From Deltaproteobacteria bacterium (GTDB lineage: Bacteria; Myxococcota; B64-G9): a stretch of DNA of 64,000 bases. The stretch spans positions 15,990-79,989 of the forward strand of contig JAFGRB010000013.1 in NCBI GenBank assembly GCA_016935365.1, in the 5' to 3' direction. The notes beneath the pieces were generated by a model. That model did no database searches and was not told the DNA's origin. It saw nothing but the letters and a program-made list of their open reading frames with translations. Of the stretch, positions 9,009 through 17,950 are shown one piece after another. The translations under genes and the position numbers were made by a program. Numbering within the stretch: position 1 is the stretch's first letter; every line of letters begins with the position of its first letter.

Positions 9009-10064
9009 CTAGGGCGCCAAGCGCGCCAGGGCATCGTCGGCGATGGCCATCCGGGCCACCTGGGACGAGTGGCCGGCCAGGGTGCCGAAGCGCGCCTCGA
9101 GCAGCGCTCGGGCCACCGGCTCGTCTCGCCGGTAGCCGGCCGAGGCCAGGATGGAAAGCGCAGAGTCCGAGAGCCGGCAGGCGGCCTCGGTGGCGAAGAC
9201 CTTGGCGCACAGGGCGAGCGAGCGATCCGAGCTCTCGGCTGCCGCGCGCCGGGCCAGAAGCTCGGCCGTCTGGAGCAAGGTCAGCATCTCGGCGAGCTGG
9301 AATCGGACGACCTGATAGCCGGCCGGCGGCTTGCCGGCCTGCCTGGGCGCGTCAGCCGCCTGCCGGGCCCGGTCCAGGCTCAGCTTGCAGATGCCCACGG
9401 CGATGGCCGTCACCGCCCGGTCCTCGGCCCAGCGCAGCGCCTCGCGCGGATCGTCGGGAGCCTCGATCACCCGCTCGCGGCCGACCGCCACGCTCTCGAA
9501 GGCGACCGGGCAGGTGCCGAGCGCCTGGAAGCCGAGCGTGTCGATCGGCTCGCCGATCCGGACCCCGTCCGCAGCAGGCTCGACCAGCAGGATGGCGCTG
9601 CCCTCGGGCGTGTCCGCGAGCACGGCCAGCAGGTCGCAGGCCCGGGCCAGCGAGACTTGATCCTTGCGACCGCTGAGCCGGAAGCCATCTCCGTCCGGCT
9701 CGGCCAGGGTTCCGAGCTCGCCTCGCAGGGTGTTCCGGTCCCGCTCGCTGAAGGCTGCTGCCGCGATCGACTGGCCGGACTTCAGGGCTGCGCTTATCGT
9801 CTCCGGTCCACGCTCGGCGACGAGCCCCGAGACCAGGCGATCCAGCTCGGCCGCGAGCACGAGCTGGGGCATGCGCCTGGCGAGCGCGACCCGGGCTTCC
9901 CACATGGCGAGCGAGCCGAAGCCCTCCTGCGAGCCGAGCTCTCTCTCCAGGTAGCCCGCCTGGCCGAGGGCGGCAAAGCAAGCCCGGATCGGCTCCTCCG
10001 GCAGATCCAGCCCCTCGATCCGCTCTGCCAGCTCCTTCTGCGCCTCGCTCAGCTCGAAGTCCAT
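9009..10064 (-). CDS. Degenerate acyl-CoA dehydrogenase-family subunit
   Basis: MDFELSEAQ start, LSGRK, YQVVRFQLAEM, AKVFATE; canonical motifs eroded. Confidence 0.8.
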   Translation of the reverse strand: MDFELSEAQKELAERIEGLDLPEEPIRACFAALGQAGYLERELGSQEGFGSLAMWEARVALARRMPQLVLAAELDRLVSGLVAERGPETISAALKSGQSIAAAAFSERDRNTLRGELGTLAEPDGDGFRLSGRKDQVSLARACDLLAVLADTPEGSAILLVEPAADGVRIGEPIDTLGFQALGTCPVAFESVAVGRERVIEAPDDPREALRWAEDRAVTAIAVGICKLSLDRARQAADAPRQAGKPPAGYQVVRFQLAEMLTLLQTAELLARRAAAESSDRSLALCAKVFATEAACRLSDSALSILASAGYRRDEPVARALLEARFGTLAGHSSQVARMAIADDALARLAP

Positions 10065-10073
10065 CGGATGCCC

Positions 10074-11216
10074 CTACATGAGCTTGGAGATGATCAGCTT
10101 CTGGATCTCGGAGGTCCCGCCGCCGATGGCCGCCAGCCGGCCGTCCCGAAAGAGCCTCTCCATCTCGTACTCGTGGCAGTAACCATAGCCGCCCATGAGC
10201 GTCAAGGCCGCGTTGGCCGGCTCCAGCGACCAGTCCCCCACGAAGAGCTTGGCCACGGCCGCCTCGAGGTGGTTGAGCGGGCGGCCCTGGTCCTTGCACC
10301 AGGCGATCCGGTAGACCAGCCCGCGGGCCGCCTCGAGGAAGATCCGGATCTCGGCCAGCTTGGCCTTGACCGCCTGGTACTCGCAGATGGGCTTGCCGAA
10401 CTGGACGCGCTCCTTTGCATAGCGGGTGCAGCGCTCGAGCCCGTACTGCATGGCGCCGATGAACGGCGCGATCAGGGTCGAGCGGTCCCACTCGACCGAC
10501 TGCATGGCCATCAAGAAGCCCGCCCCCTCCTGGCCGAGCAGGTTCTCGGTCGGGATCTCGCAGTCGTCGAAGAAGAGCTCGGAGGTCTGCGAGGAGCGCA
10601 CGCCCATCTTGTGCAGCGGTGCGCCGGCGGAGAAGCCCGGTCTGTCCGTCTCGACGATGAAGGCCGAGATGCCCGCGTGGCCGAGCGATCGATCCACGGT
10701 CGCGTAGACCACGGCCACGTCGGCCACGGGTCCGTTGGTGATGAAGATCTTGGAGCCGTTCAGCACGTAGGTGTCGCCGCGCCTCTCGGCCCGGGTGCGC
10801 ATGGCGGCCACGTCCGAGCCCGCGCCGGGCTCGGTCAGGCCCAGGCAGCCGATCCACTCGCCGGTGATCAGCCTGGGCAGGTAGCGCCGCCTCTGCGCCT
10901 CGGTCCCGTGGGCGTAGATCGTATCCGCGCACAGGAAGGTGTGCGCCCCATAGGCCAGCAGCAACCCCCCGTCCACCCCGGCCTCGCCCAGGGCCTCTCC
11001 CGTGAGCACCGTGCTCAGCACGTCACCGCCCGCGCCCCCGAGCTCCTCCGGGAAATGCAAGCCCAGGATACCGAGCTCGCCCATTCGCCGGAAGGACTGG
11101 AAGTCGAACTCGCCCTTCAGGTCATGCTCCTGGCAGCGCGGAGCGATCTCCTTGCGGGCGAAGTGGAGCACCTGCCGCTTGAAGGCCCGCTGCTCCTCGG
11201 TGAAGGTGAAGTCCAT
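10074..11216 (-). CDS. Acyl-CoA dehydrogenase (isovaleryl-CoA dehydrogenase-like)
   Basis: LTEPGAGSD, LNGSKIFITNG, RVQFGKPI, GGYGY, IGGGTSEIQ. Confidence 0.93.
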   Translation of the reverse strand: MDFTFTEEQRAFKRQVLHFARKEIAPRCQEHDLKGEFDFQSFRRMGELGILGLHFPEELGGAGGDVLSTVLTGEALGEAGVDGGLLLAYGAHTFLCADTIYAHGTEAQRRRYLPRLITGEWIGCLGLTEPGAGSDVAAMRTRAERRGDTYVLNGSKIFITNGPVADVAVVYATVDRSLGHAGISAFIVETDRPGFSAGAPLHKMGVRSSQTSELFFDDCEIPTENLLGQEGAGFLMAMQSVEWDRSTLIAPFIGAMQYGLERCTRYAKERVQFGKPICEYQAVKAKLAEIRIFLEAARGLVYRIAWCKDQGRPLNHLEAAVAKLFVGDWSLEPANAALTLMGGYGYCHEYEMERLFRDGRLAAIGGGTSEIQKLIISKLM

Positions 11217-11294
11217 GCCGCCCTCGCTTGCACGTGGTCTGCGAGGGTAGTACGAAGTCCCGCCCCGAGTCCAGGCTTGACAGGCAAGCTGCGG

Positions 11295-11684
11295 CTAAGG
11301 ACCCTGTCCTCGAATCACCTGGACCGAGACGCCGATGGCCAGAGACTTCCAGCTCCGATCCGCGGTCAAGGCCGGGATTTTGCGGGCGAGCGCCAGGGCC
11401 AGACAGGCCCGGTCGCCGAGCGAGAGCCCGAGCGGCTGCGTGGCGGGCAGCAGCGACGCGGCCCGGGCGGCATCCGACTCGAAGAAGGGCACGATCTCGA
11501 TCGAAGTCGCCGCGATTCGCGATCGCACCTGCTCGCCAGGGTGCCCATCGCGCACGAAACGACCGATCACCTCGGAGAGGTTGACCGCAGAAAGACAGCA
11601 ACGCTCGATGTGGGCACGCACGCGCTCGTGCCCCTCCTCGCGAAAGAGGAACGCGAGCAGCGCCGAGGCGTCCAGGGCGATCAT
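11295..11684 (-). CDS. vapC: VapC/PIN-domain toxin
   Basis: LDASALLA...NLSE...LSLGDRACLALA...LTAD PIN motifs. Confidence 0.9.
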   Translation of the reverse strand: MIALDASALLAFLFREEGHERVRAHIERCCLSAVNLSEVIGRFVRDGHPGEQVRSRIAATSIEIVPFFESDAARAASLLPATQPLGLSLGDRACLALALARKIPALTADRSWKSLAIGVSVQVIRGQGP

Positions 11685-11929
11685 TCGCTCGAGGCCTCGC
11701 GGCGACGATCGGCGATGAGCGCATCGACTACATCGGAGGGCTTGCTCTCTCCGTAGAGCTCATCCACCCAGTCCTGGAGATCGCCTATCGATGCCGCCGG
11801 CTCCTCCATGCAGGCCGCGGTCAGGATCGCCCGGGCCTCGGCCTCCATGCTGCGTCGCGCCTTGGCCGCTCGAATTCGAAGCCGCGCGTGGATTTCGTCC
11901 GGAAGGTTGCGAATATTGAGGACGGCCAT
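11681..11929 (-). CDS. FitA/StbC-like ribbon-helix-helix antitoxin
   Basis: MAVLNIRNLPDEIHARLRIRAAKARRSMEAEARAIL; overlaps the vapC start; AAGGAG SD. Confidence 0.88.
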   Translation of the reverse strand: MAVLNIRNLPDEIHARLRIRAAKARRSMEAEARAILTAACMEEPAASIGDLQDWVDELYGESKPSDVVDALIADRRREASSE

Positions 11930-11962
11930 CATCGACTCCTTCATCTCGAGCTCATTCGTCAT

Positions 11963-11996
11963 ATTGCATTGTATGCAATGAAGACACTGTTGTCAA
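11963..11996 (-). promoter_or_regulatory. Sigma70 promoter TTGACA-17-TACAAT with operator ATTGCAT-N3-ATGCAAT
   Basis: -35 at 11996-11991, -10 at 11973-11968; perfect inverted repeat 11963-11979 overlaps the -10. Confidence 0.8.
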
Positions 11997-12099
11997 CGCT
12001 GTCATTTTAGTAAGGCCAATTCCTTCCAATGGCTGGGCGCCGGCGCGGGCTATCCCTTATAGATGAAGTAGATGGCGACCGCGATTCCAGAGTACGCGC

Positions 12100-13428
12100 T
12101 CACCTCAGATCGTACTTCTTCATCTTGTCCAGCAGCGTCACCCGGCTTACGCCCAGGCGGCGGGCGGCCTCGGAGCGGTTCTGGCCGCAGCGGGCGAGCT
12201 CGTTTGCGATCAGGCCGCGCTCGAAGGCGGCCACCCGGCTCTTGAGGCTCAGGCCTTCGGGTGCTGCGCCCTGGACCGGCTCGCCGAGGCCCAGCTCGTC
12301 GATGTGCCCGCCGGAAGACAGGGCCACCATGCGCTCGATGCGGTGCTCGAGCTCGCGCACGTTTCCGGGGTAGGCGGCGGTCAGGATCTTCGAGCGAATC
12401 TCCTTCGTGAGCTGGATCGGTCCGGTACCGAAGCGCTCGGCGTACTTTCGAAGGAAGTGATCGCAGAGCGGCTCGACGTCGTCGATCCGCTCGGCGAGCG
12501 GCGGGATGTGCATGCGCACCACGTCCAGGCGGTAGAGGAGATCCTCTCGGAAGCGGCCCGCGGCGACCTCTTGCTCGAGATCGCGGTTGGTGGCCGCCAG
12601 CACCCTCACGTCCACCTCACGCTCCTGCGCTTCGCCCACGGGCCGTAGCGCGCCCTGCTGCAGCACGCGCAGCAGCTTGGCCTGCAAGCCGGCGCCGAGC
12701 TCGCCCACCTCGTCGAGCAGGATCGTGCCGCTGTCCGCCTCGCGGAACAGGCCCGGCCGGGCTGTGGTCGCCCCGGTGAAGGCGCCCCGGCTGTGGCCGA
12801 ATAGCTCGGCCTCGGCGAGCTCGCCCGGCACGGCCGCGCAGTTGAAGCGCACGAAGGGCCGGTCGCGCCGGGTCGATCCGTCCACGATCGCCTCGGCCAG
12901 CAGCTCCTTGCCCGTGCCCGAGGGGCCGGTGATCATCACGGTCACGTCCCGGGGCGCGACCCGGTGCACCATGAGCGCGAGCTTTCGCATGGCGTCGGAT
13001 GCGAAGACCATGTGCCGGGCCAGGTGCAGCTCGGCTCTCAGGGCCTCGCACTCCTGATCGAGCCGCACCCATTGGACCGCGCGCTCGATGACCCGCATGA
13101 CCGCGTCGATGTCGAAGGGCTTTGCGAAGTAATCGTAGGCGCCGAGCTTCATGGCCTCGACCGCGTGGCGCTCGGAACCGTGGGCCGTGATCATGATGAC
13201 CTCGGGCGAGTCGGACCCGGCCCGGATCCGCTCCAGCAAGCCCATGCCATCGATGCCCGGCATGGCCAGGTCGCAGATCACGAGGTGGGCCGTGTTGGCC
13301 TCCAGCCAGGCCAGGGCCTGCTCGCCGCTTTCCGCCTCGGCCACCTCCATGTCCCCGTCCTCGAGGATCTCGCGCAGGGTGTAGCGCACCCCCGCGTCAT
13401 CGTCCACGACCAGGACCCGCGGCCTCAT
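12100..13428 (-). CDS. Sigma54-dependent response regulator (NtrC/AtoC/ZraR family)
   Basis: Receiver domain (VLVVDDD, DLAMP), GPSGTGKE, GAFTGA, C-terminal Fis HTH. Confidence 0.95.
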   Translation of the reverse strand: MRPRVLVVDDDAGVRYTLREILEDGDMEVAEAESGEQALAWLEANTAHLVICDLAMPGIDGMGLLERIRAGSDSPEVIMITAHGSERHAVEAMKLGAYDYFAKPFDIDAVMRVIERAVQWVRLDQECEALRAELHLARHMVFASDAMRKLALMVHRVAPRDVTVMITGPSGTGKELLAEAIVDGSTRRDRPFVRFNCAAVPGELAEAELFGHSRGAFTGATTARPGLFREADSGTILLDEVGELGAGLQAKLLRVLQQGALRPVGEAQEREVDVRVLAATNRDLEQEVAAGRFREDLLYRLDVVRMHIPPLAERIDDVEPLCDHFLRKYAERFGTGPIQLTKEIRSKILTAAYPGNVRELEHRIERMVALSSGGHIDELGLGEPVQGAAPEGLSLKSRVAAFERGLIANELARCGQNRSEAARRLGVSRVTLLDKMKKYDLR

Positions 13429-14762
13429 GTCCCCTCCTCAGGCAGAGCGGCAGGGCTCGGCCGGGCGGGCAGCGAGAGGCTGGCCACACAGCCACCCGAG
13501 GCGCCGGAGTCGATCTCCACGCAGCCGCCGTGCTGCTCGGCGATCGATCGGGCCACCACCAGGCCGATCCCGGTGCCGTGCTCCTTGGTCGTGAAGCCCG
13601 GCTCGAAGAGGTGCTCGCTCAGCTCTTCGCTCAGTCCCGGACCAGCGTCCTGGATCTCGATCCGCACGCCCTCCCCGCGCCAGGCTCCCGCCCGGAGCGT
13701 CACCGTCCCGCCAGGTGGGCTCGCCTCGAGCGCGTTCTGCAACAGGTTGACCAGGGCCTGCTTGACCTTGTGCGGATCGCACTCGATCTCCATGGGCTCC
13801 GAGACCGTCTCCAGCGCCAGGCCCCTGCTGCCCGCCAAGCCCTCGTGCAGGGCCACCACCTCGCGCAGCAGCCCGCACAGATCGCAGCGCTCCACACCGA
13901 GGGCGGTGAACGGCCGGGTGAAGTCGCGAAAGCCGTCCAGCACCTCCCGCATGCGCGCGATCTCGCGCTGCATCACCTCCAGGCGCTCGGAGGGCTTGCC
14001 CGGCTCGGCCGAGCGCGCCAGCAGCTGCGCCAGGCCCTGGATGGAGGCCAGGGGGTTCTTGAGCTCGTGGGCGATGGTGCGCGAGACCGACTGCAGCTCG
14101 CGGTTCCGGCTGGCGAGCGATTCCAGGCTCTCCTGCCTGGCCGCCAGGCCCTCGCGAACCTGCTGCTCGATGGCCCGGCGTACCAGGCTCGCGATCTTGG
14201 AGGTCATGATGAGAATGAAGACGAGAAAGCCGGCCGTGCCCCAGACGAGAACGGGCATGGTCACGAGCGCCGATCCAAGCTCGAAGAAGGCGGGCAGGCT
14301 GTAGGGGACCCAGCCATAGAGCGCGCTGCCGGCCAGCAGCACGGCGATGCAGGCAGGTACCGCGATCACCAAGAGCACTTGCCGGTAGCTCTGGACGAGC
14401 ATACCGGACGCCAGGGCCATCGGGATGAAGATGACGATCAGCGGGCTCATGATGCCGCCGGTGATGTAGACCATCGCGCCCTGCACCAGGAACATCAAGA
14501 CCAGGTTGATCACCACCGTCACGCTGCTCACCTCGCGCAGCGCCTTGACCCGGCGGTACTCGAACACGGACAGCACGCCCAGGCAGACGAGGACCGCCCC
14601 GATCCAGATGAGCTTCCAGGGCGCGGGGTCCCAGATGGCGAAGACCGGCAGGGCCAGGAGCATGACCGCAGGCGCAATCCAGATCCGGAACTTGAAGAGC
14701 TTGACGATCAACCGGTCGGCTGCGAAACGCCAGCGATCGCTTCCCGATCCTGTACCATCCAC
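13425..14762 (-). CDS. Membrane sensor histidine kinase
   Basis: About five TM segments; IAHELKNPL H-box, NLLQNA, DAGPG, GTGIGL. Start uncertain (GTG 14762 or ATG 14813). Confidence 0.9.
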   Translation of the reverse strand: MDGTGSGSDRWRFAADRLIVKLFKFRIWIAPAVMLLALPVFAIWDPAPWKLIWIGAVLVCLGVLSVFEYRRVKALREVSSVTVVINLVLMFLVQGAMVYITGGIMSPLIVIFIPMALASGMLVQSYRQVLLVIAVPACIAVLLAGSALYGWVPYSLPAFFELGSALVTMPVLVWGTAGFLVFILIMTSKIASLVRRAIEQQVREGLAARQESLESLASRNRELQSVSRTIAHELKNPLASIQGLAQLLARSAEPGKPSERLEVMQREIARMREVLDGFRDFTRPFTALGVERCDLCGLLREVVALHEGLAGSRGLALETVSEPMEIECDPHKVKQALVNLLQNALEASPPGGTVTLRAGAWRGEGVRIEIQDAGPGLSEELSEHLFEPGFTTKEHGTGIGLVVARSIAEQHGGCVEIDSGASGGCVASLSLPARPSPAALPEEGT

Positions 14763-14947
14763 GGTCTTTTTGCCTGCGCTTTCCCGACAAATGTGTCGGA
14801 TCTCTGTACACATCGAGAAGTGAAAAAACGCACAAGGAGCCTGAGCTCCTGCCAAGCAAGTCCGCAAGATATCACACCCACTCGCAAAAACCACTCCCGG
14901 CAGCCCGGAGGAGACGCAAATCCCGTGCCTCTTGCCTGTTGCATGCC

Positions 14948-14963
14948 TGGCACGAAGAGTGCT
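14948..14963 (+). promoter_or_regulatory. Sigma54 (-24/-12) promoter of the ABC exporter operon
   Basis: TGGCACGAAGAGTGCT = GG-N10-GC, ending 32 bp before the HlyD ATG. Confidence 0.75.
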
Positions 14964-14995
14964 AACCCATTTCCTTGCACGAGCGAGGGAGGCCC

Positions 14996-16066
14996 ATGAA
15001 ACGGATCATCGTCATCGCCGTCGTCCTAGCCGGCGGTCTGGCCGCAGCGCTCTACTTCCGGATCGAGCAGCTCGACGCCGCCCAGTTCGCCCCGGCCGGC
15101 GGATCGGGCATCGTCGAGGCGGTCGAGGTGGACCTGACCGCCCGCATCCCGGGCCGGATCGCCCGGATTGCGGTCGACGAGGGCGATGCGGTCGAGGTGG
15201 GCAAGGTGCTCGTCGAGCTCGACTGCGCCGAGCCCCTGGCCGCCCTTAGCCAGGCCAAGGCTGGCTTGTCAGCGGCCGAGGCGGCAGTCGAGGCCGCCCG
15301 GGCAGGGGTCGAGGCCGCGTCGAAGAACAGCCGGGCCGCCTCGAGCTCGATCCAGGCCGCCAGCTCCCAGGTCCAGTCCGTGGAGGTAGGTCTGCTCAAC
15401 GCCATCAAGGAGGCCGAGCGGATCAAGTCGATGAACGCGGCGGGCGCCATCAGCGATGCGCGCCTGGATCAGATCCAGACCCAGGTGGCCAACCTGCGCC
15501 ACCAGATCTCCGCCCTGGAGGCCAACACCCAGGCGGTCAAGGCGCGAGCTTCGGCCGCCAGGGGCTCTGAGCTCGTGGCCCGGGCCAAGGTCCTGGCTGC
15601 CGAGGCCCAGGTGGAGGTGGCCCGGGCAGCGGTGCGGCGGGCCGAGGCCGTGGAGGCCGAGTGCCGGCTCGCCTCGCCCCGCAGCGGTGTGGTGCTCTCG
15701 CGCAACTACGAGCCCGGAGAGGCCGTGCTGCCCGGCGCGAGGCTGCTGACCATCGCGGACCTCGGCGAGGTCCGGGCGACTTTCTTCCTGCCCAACGCCG
15801 AGCTCTCGGCCGCTGCGCCCGGCCGGGAGGTCACGGTGCGGGCGGATGCCTACCCGGACAAGACCTTCCACGGCGTCATCCGGCATGTCTCGGCCAAGGC
15901 GGAGTTCACCCCGCGCAACGTCCAGACCCGAGAGGACCGCGATCGGCTCGTCTTCGCGGTCGAGATAAGCGTGCCCAACCCCCAGGGCGAGCTGCGCCCG
16001 GGCATGCCGATCGAGGTCTCCATCGACGGGACGGAGCGCACGGACGAGGCGCCGGAAGACCGATGA
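14996..16066 (+). CDS. HlyD-family membrane fusion protein (YbhG-like)
   Basis: N-terminal TM, lipoyl-like halves, coiled coil, AEFTPRNVQT, LRPGMP. Confidence 0.92.
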   Translation: MKRIIVIAVVLAGGLAAALYFRIEQLDAAQFAPAGGSGIVEAVEVDLTARIPGRIARIAVDEGDAVEVGKVLVELDCAEPLAALSQAKAGLSAAEAAVEAARAGVEAASKNSRAASSSIQAASSQVQSVEVGLLNAIKEAERIKSMNAAGAISDARLDQIQTQVANLRHQISALEANTQAVKARASAARGSELVARAKVLAAEAQVEVARAAVRRAEAVEAECRLASPRSGVVLSRNYEPGEAVLPGARLLTIADLGEVRATFFLPNAELSAAAPGREVTVRADAYPDKTFHGVIRHVSAKAEFTPRNVQTREDRDRLVFAVEISVPNPQGELRPGMPIEVSIDGTERTDEAPEDR

Positions 16067-17010
16067 GCCAGGCCGATGACCAGACCTCGATGCTGATCCT
16101 CGAGTCCGTCGAGCGGCGCTTTGATGAGGTCCAGGCCTTGCGGGGCGTGAGCCTGGCCGTCCTTCCGGGCGAGCTCTACGGGCTGGTCGGCCCGGACGGC
16201 GCGGGCAAGACGACATCCATCCGCCTGCTGGCCGGGCTCATGGCCCCGACGGCCGGCCGGGTGCTCGTGGGCGGGCACGACCCGCTCATCGAACGGCGCC
16301 GCGTGCGCGGCGTGACCGGTTACATGCCCCAGGCATACAGCCTGTACGGAGACCTGAGCGTCGAGGAGAACCTGCACTTCTTCGCCCGCATGTTCGGCCT
16401 CGACCGCCAGACCTATCTCGAGCGGCGCAAGCGACTGCTCGGCATCACGCGCCTGGCGCCTTTCACCTCGCGCCGAGCCGACGCACTCTCGGGCGGCATG
16501 TACAAGAAGCTCGCCCTGGCCTGCGCCCTGCTCCATCGCCCCGGGGCCCTGCTGCTCGACGAGCCCACCAACGGTGTGGATCCGGTCAGTCGGCGCGAGC
16601 TCTGGGATCTGCTCGGCGAGTTCGTCTCCGAGGGCATGAGCGTGCTGGTCTCCACGCCCTACATGGACGAGGCGTCCCGCTGCCACCGGGTGGGCCTGAT
16701 CCATGCCGGGCGCCTGCTCATCCAGGGAGAGCCCGCGGAGATGCTCACCCGCTTCGAGCACGAGGTCTACTCCTTGTCGGGCGGCGAGCGCGCCCAGGTC
16801 GAGTCCCGGCTGCGCGCCTGCCCGCAGGTGCTGGCCTTCTCGCCGGCCGGAGAGCTGCTGCGTGCCGTGGTTCGCAGCGGAGAGCGCGCTGCGCTCGCAG
16901 CCCGGCTCGAGGGCAGCGGCGCGCGCCTCGGCGCGATCCGACCCGACTTCGAGGACGTCTTCCTGGCCCGGATCCGACTTGCGCGCGAGCAGGAGCAGGC
17001 AGATGCCTGA
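16063..17010 (+). CDS. ABC transporter ATP-binding protein (YbhF N-half-like)
   Basis: GPDGAGKTT, LSGGM, LLLDEPT. Confidence 0.93.
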   Translation: MSQADDQTSMLILESVERRFDEVQALRGVSLAVLPGELYGLVGPDGAGKTTSIRLLAGLMAPTAGRVLVGGHDPLIERRRVRGVTGYMPQAYSLYGDLSVEENLHFFARMFGLDRQTYLERRKRLLGITRLAPFTSRRADALSGGMYKKLALACALLHRPGALLLDEPTNGVDPVSRRELWDLLGEFVSEGMSVLVSTPYMDEASRCHRVGLIHAGRLLIQGEPAEMLTRFEHEVYSLSGGERAQVESRLRACPQVLAFSPAGELLRAVVRSGERAALAARLEGSGARLGAIRPDFEDVFLARIRLAREQEQADA

Positions 17011-17950
17011 GCCGGTCTCCATCCGGGCCCAGGAGCTCTCGCGCCGCTTCGGCGACTTCGTCGCCGTGGACCGGGTCAGCTTCGAGGTCCACCCCGGCGA
17101 GATCTTCGGCTACCTGGGTGCCAACGGAGCGGGCAAGTCCACCACCATCCGCATGCTCTGCGGCCTGCTGGTGCCGAGCGACGGCAGGGCATGGGTGGCC
17201 GGCGTGGACGTGGCGGCCGATCCCGAGCGCGTCAAGCACAGCATCGGCTACATGTCCCAGAAGTTCTCGCTCTACATGGATCTGCAGGTGGGCGAGAACC
17301 TGGAGTTCTTCGGAGGAGCCTTCGGGCTGCGCCGGGCTGCGGTGAGAAAGCGCTCCGCCGAGCTGCTCGAGCGGATCGGCCTGAGCGAGCACCGGCACGA
17401 CCTGACCGGCTCGCTGCCGGGCGGCTGGCGCCAGCGCCTGGCGCTGGCCTGCGCCATGCTGCACGGGCCGAGAATCCTCTTTCTCGACGAGCCCACGGCG
17501 GGCGTGGATCCCGACTCCCGACGCGACTTCTGGCGATTGATCCGGGAGCTGGCATCGAGCGGGACCACGGTCTTCGTGACCACCCACTACATGGACGAGG
17601 CCGAGTACTGCGAGCGGGTCGGGCTGATGGTCGACGGGCGCCTGGCCGCGCTGGACACGCCCGGGCAGCTCAAGCAGGACTTCGTGCCCGGCAGGATCTA
17701 CCAGGTCGGCCGCGCCGAGCGCGCTCGCGTGCTCGCGCTCGACAGGCTCGCGGGCGTGGTCGACGTGGAGCCCTTCGGAGCCGGATTCCACGTGCGCGTT
17801 TCGCAAGACGGACCGGACGCCAGGGCCATCACTGCCCATCTGCGGGGCGCGGGCCAGGCCGAGGTCTCGGTCGAGGCGGTGGCCACCTCCCTGGAGGACG
17901 TCTTCTTGAAGCTGGCCGGCCCGTCCATTGCCGGGGAGGCAGGGGCATGA
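17003..17950 (+). CDS. ABC transporter ATP-binding protein (YbhF C-half-like)
   Basis: GANGAGKST, LPGGWRQR, FLDEPTAG, TTHYMDEAE. Confidence 0.93.
   Translation: MPEPVSIRAQELSRRFGDFVAVDRVSFEVHPGEIFGYLGANGAGKSTTIRMLCGLLVPSDGRAWVAGVDVAADPERVKHSIGYMSQKFSLYMDLQVGENLEFFGGAFGLRRAAVRKRSAELLERIGLSEHRHDLTGSLPGGWRQRLALACAMLHGPRILFLDEPTAGVDPDSRRDFWRLIRELASSGTTVFVTTHYMDEAEYCERVGLMVDGRLAALDTPGQLKQDFVPGRIYQVGRAERARVLALDRLAGVVDVEPFGAGFHVRVSQDGPDARAITAHLRGAGQAEVSVEAVATSLEDVFLKLAGPSIAGEAGA

Noticed and set aside
7242..11756. 1504-aa plus-strand ORF and many other long antisense or alternate-frame ORFs
   Set aside because: Shadows of well-supported minus-strand genes; stop codons are rare in high-GC DNA; no motifs.
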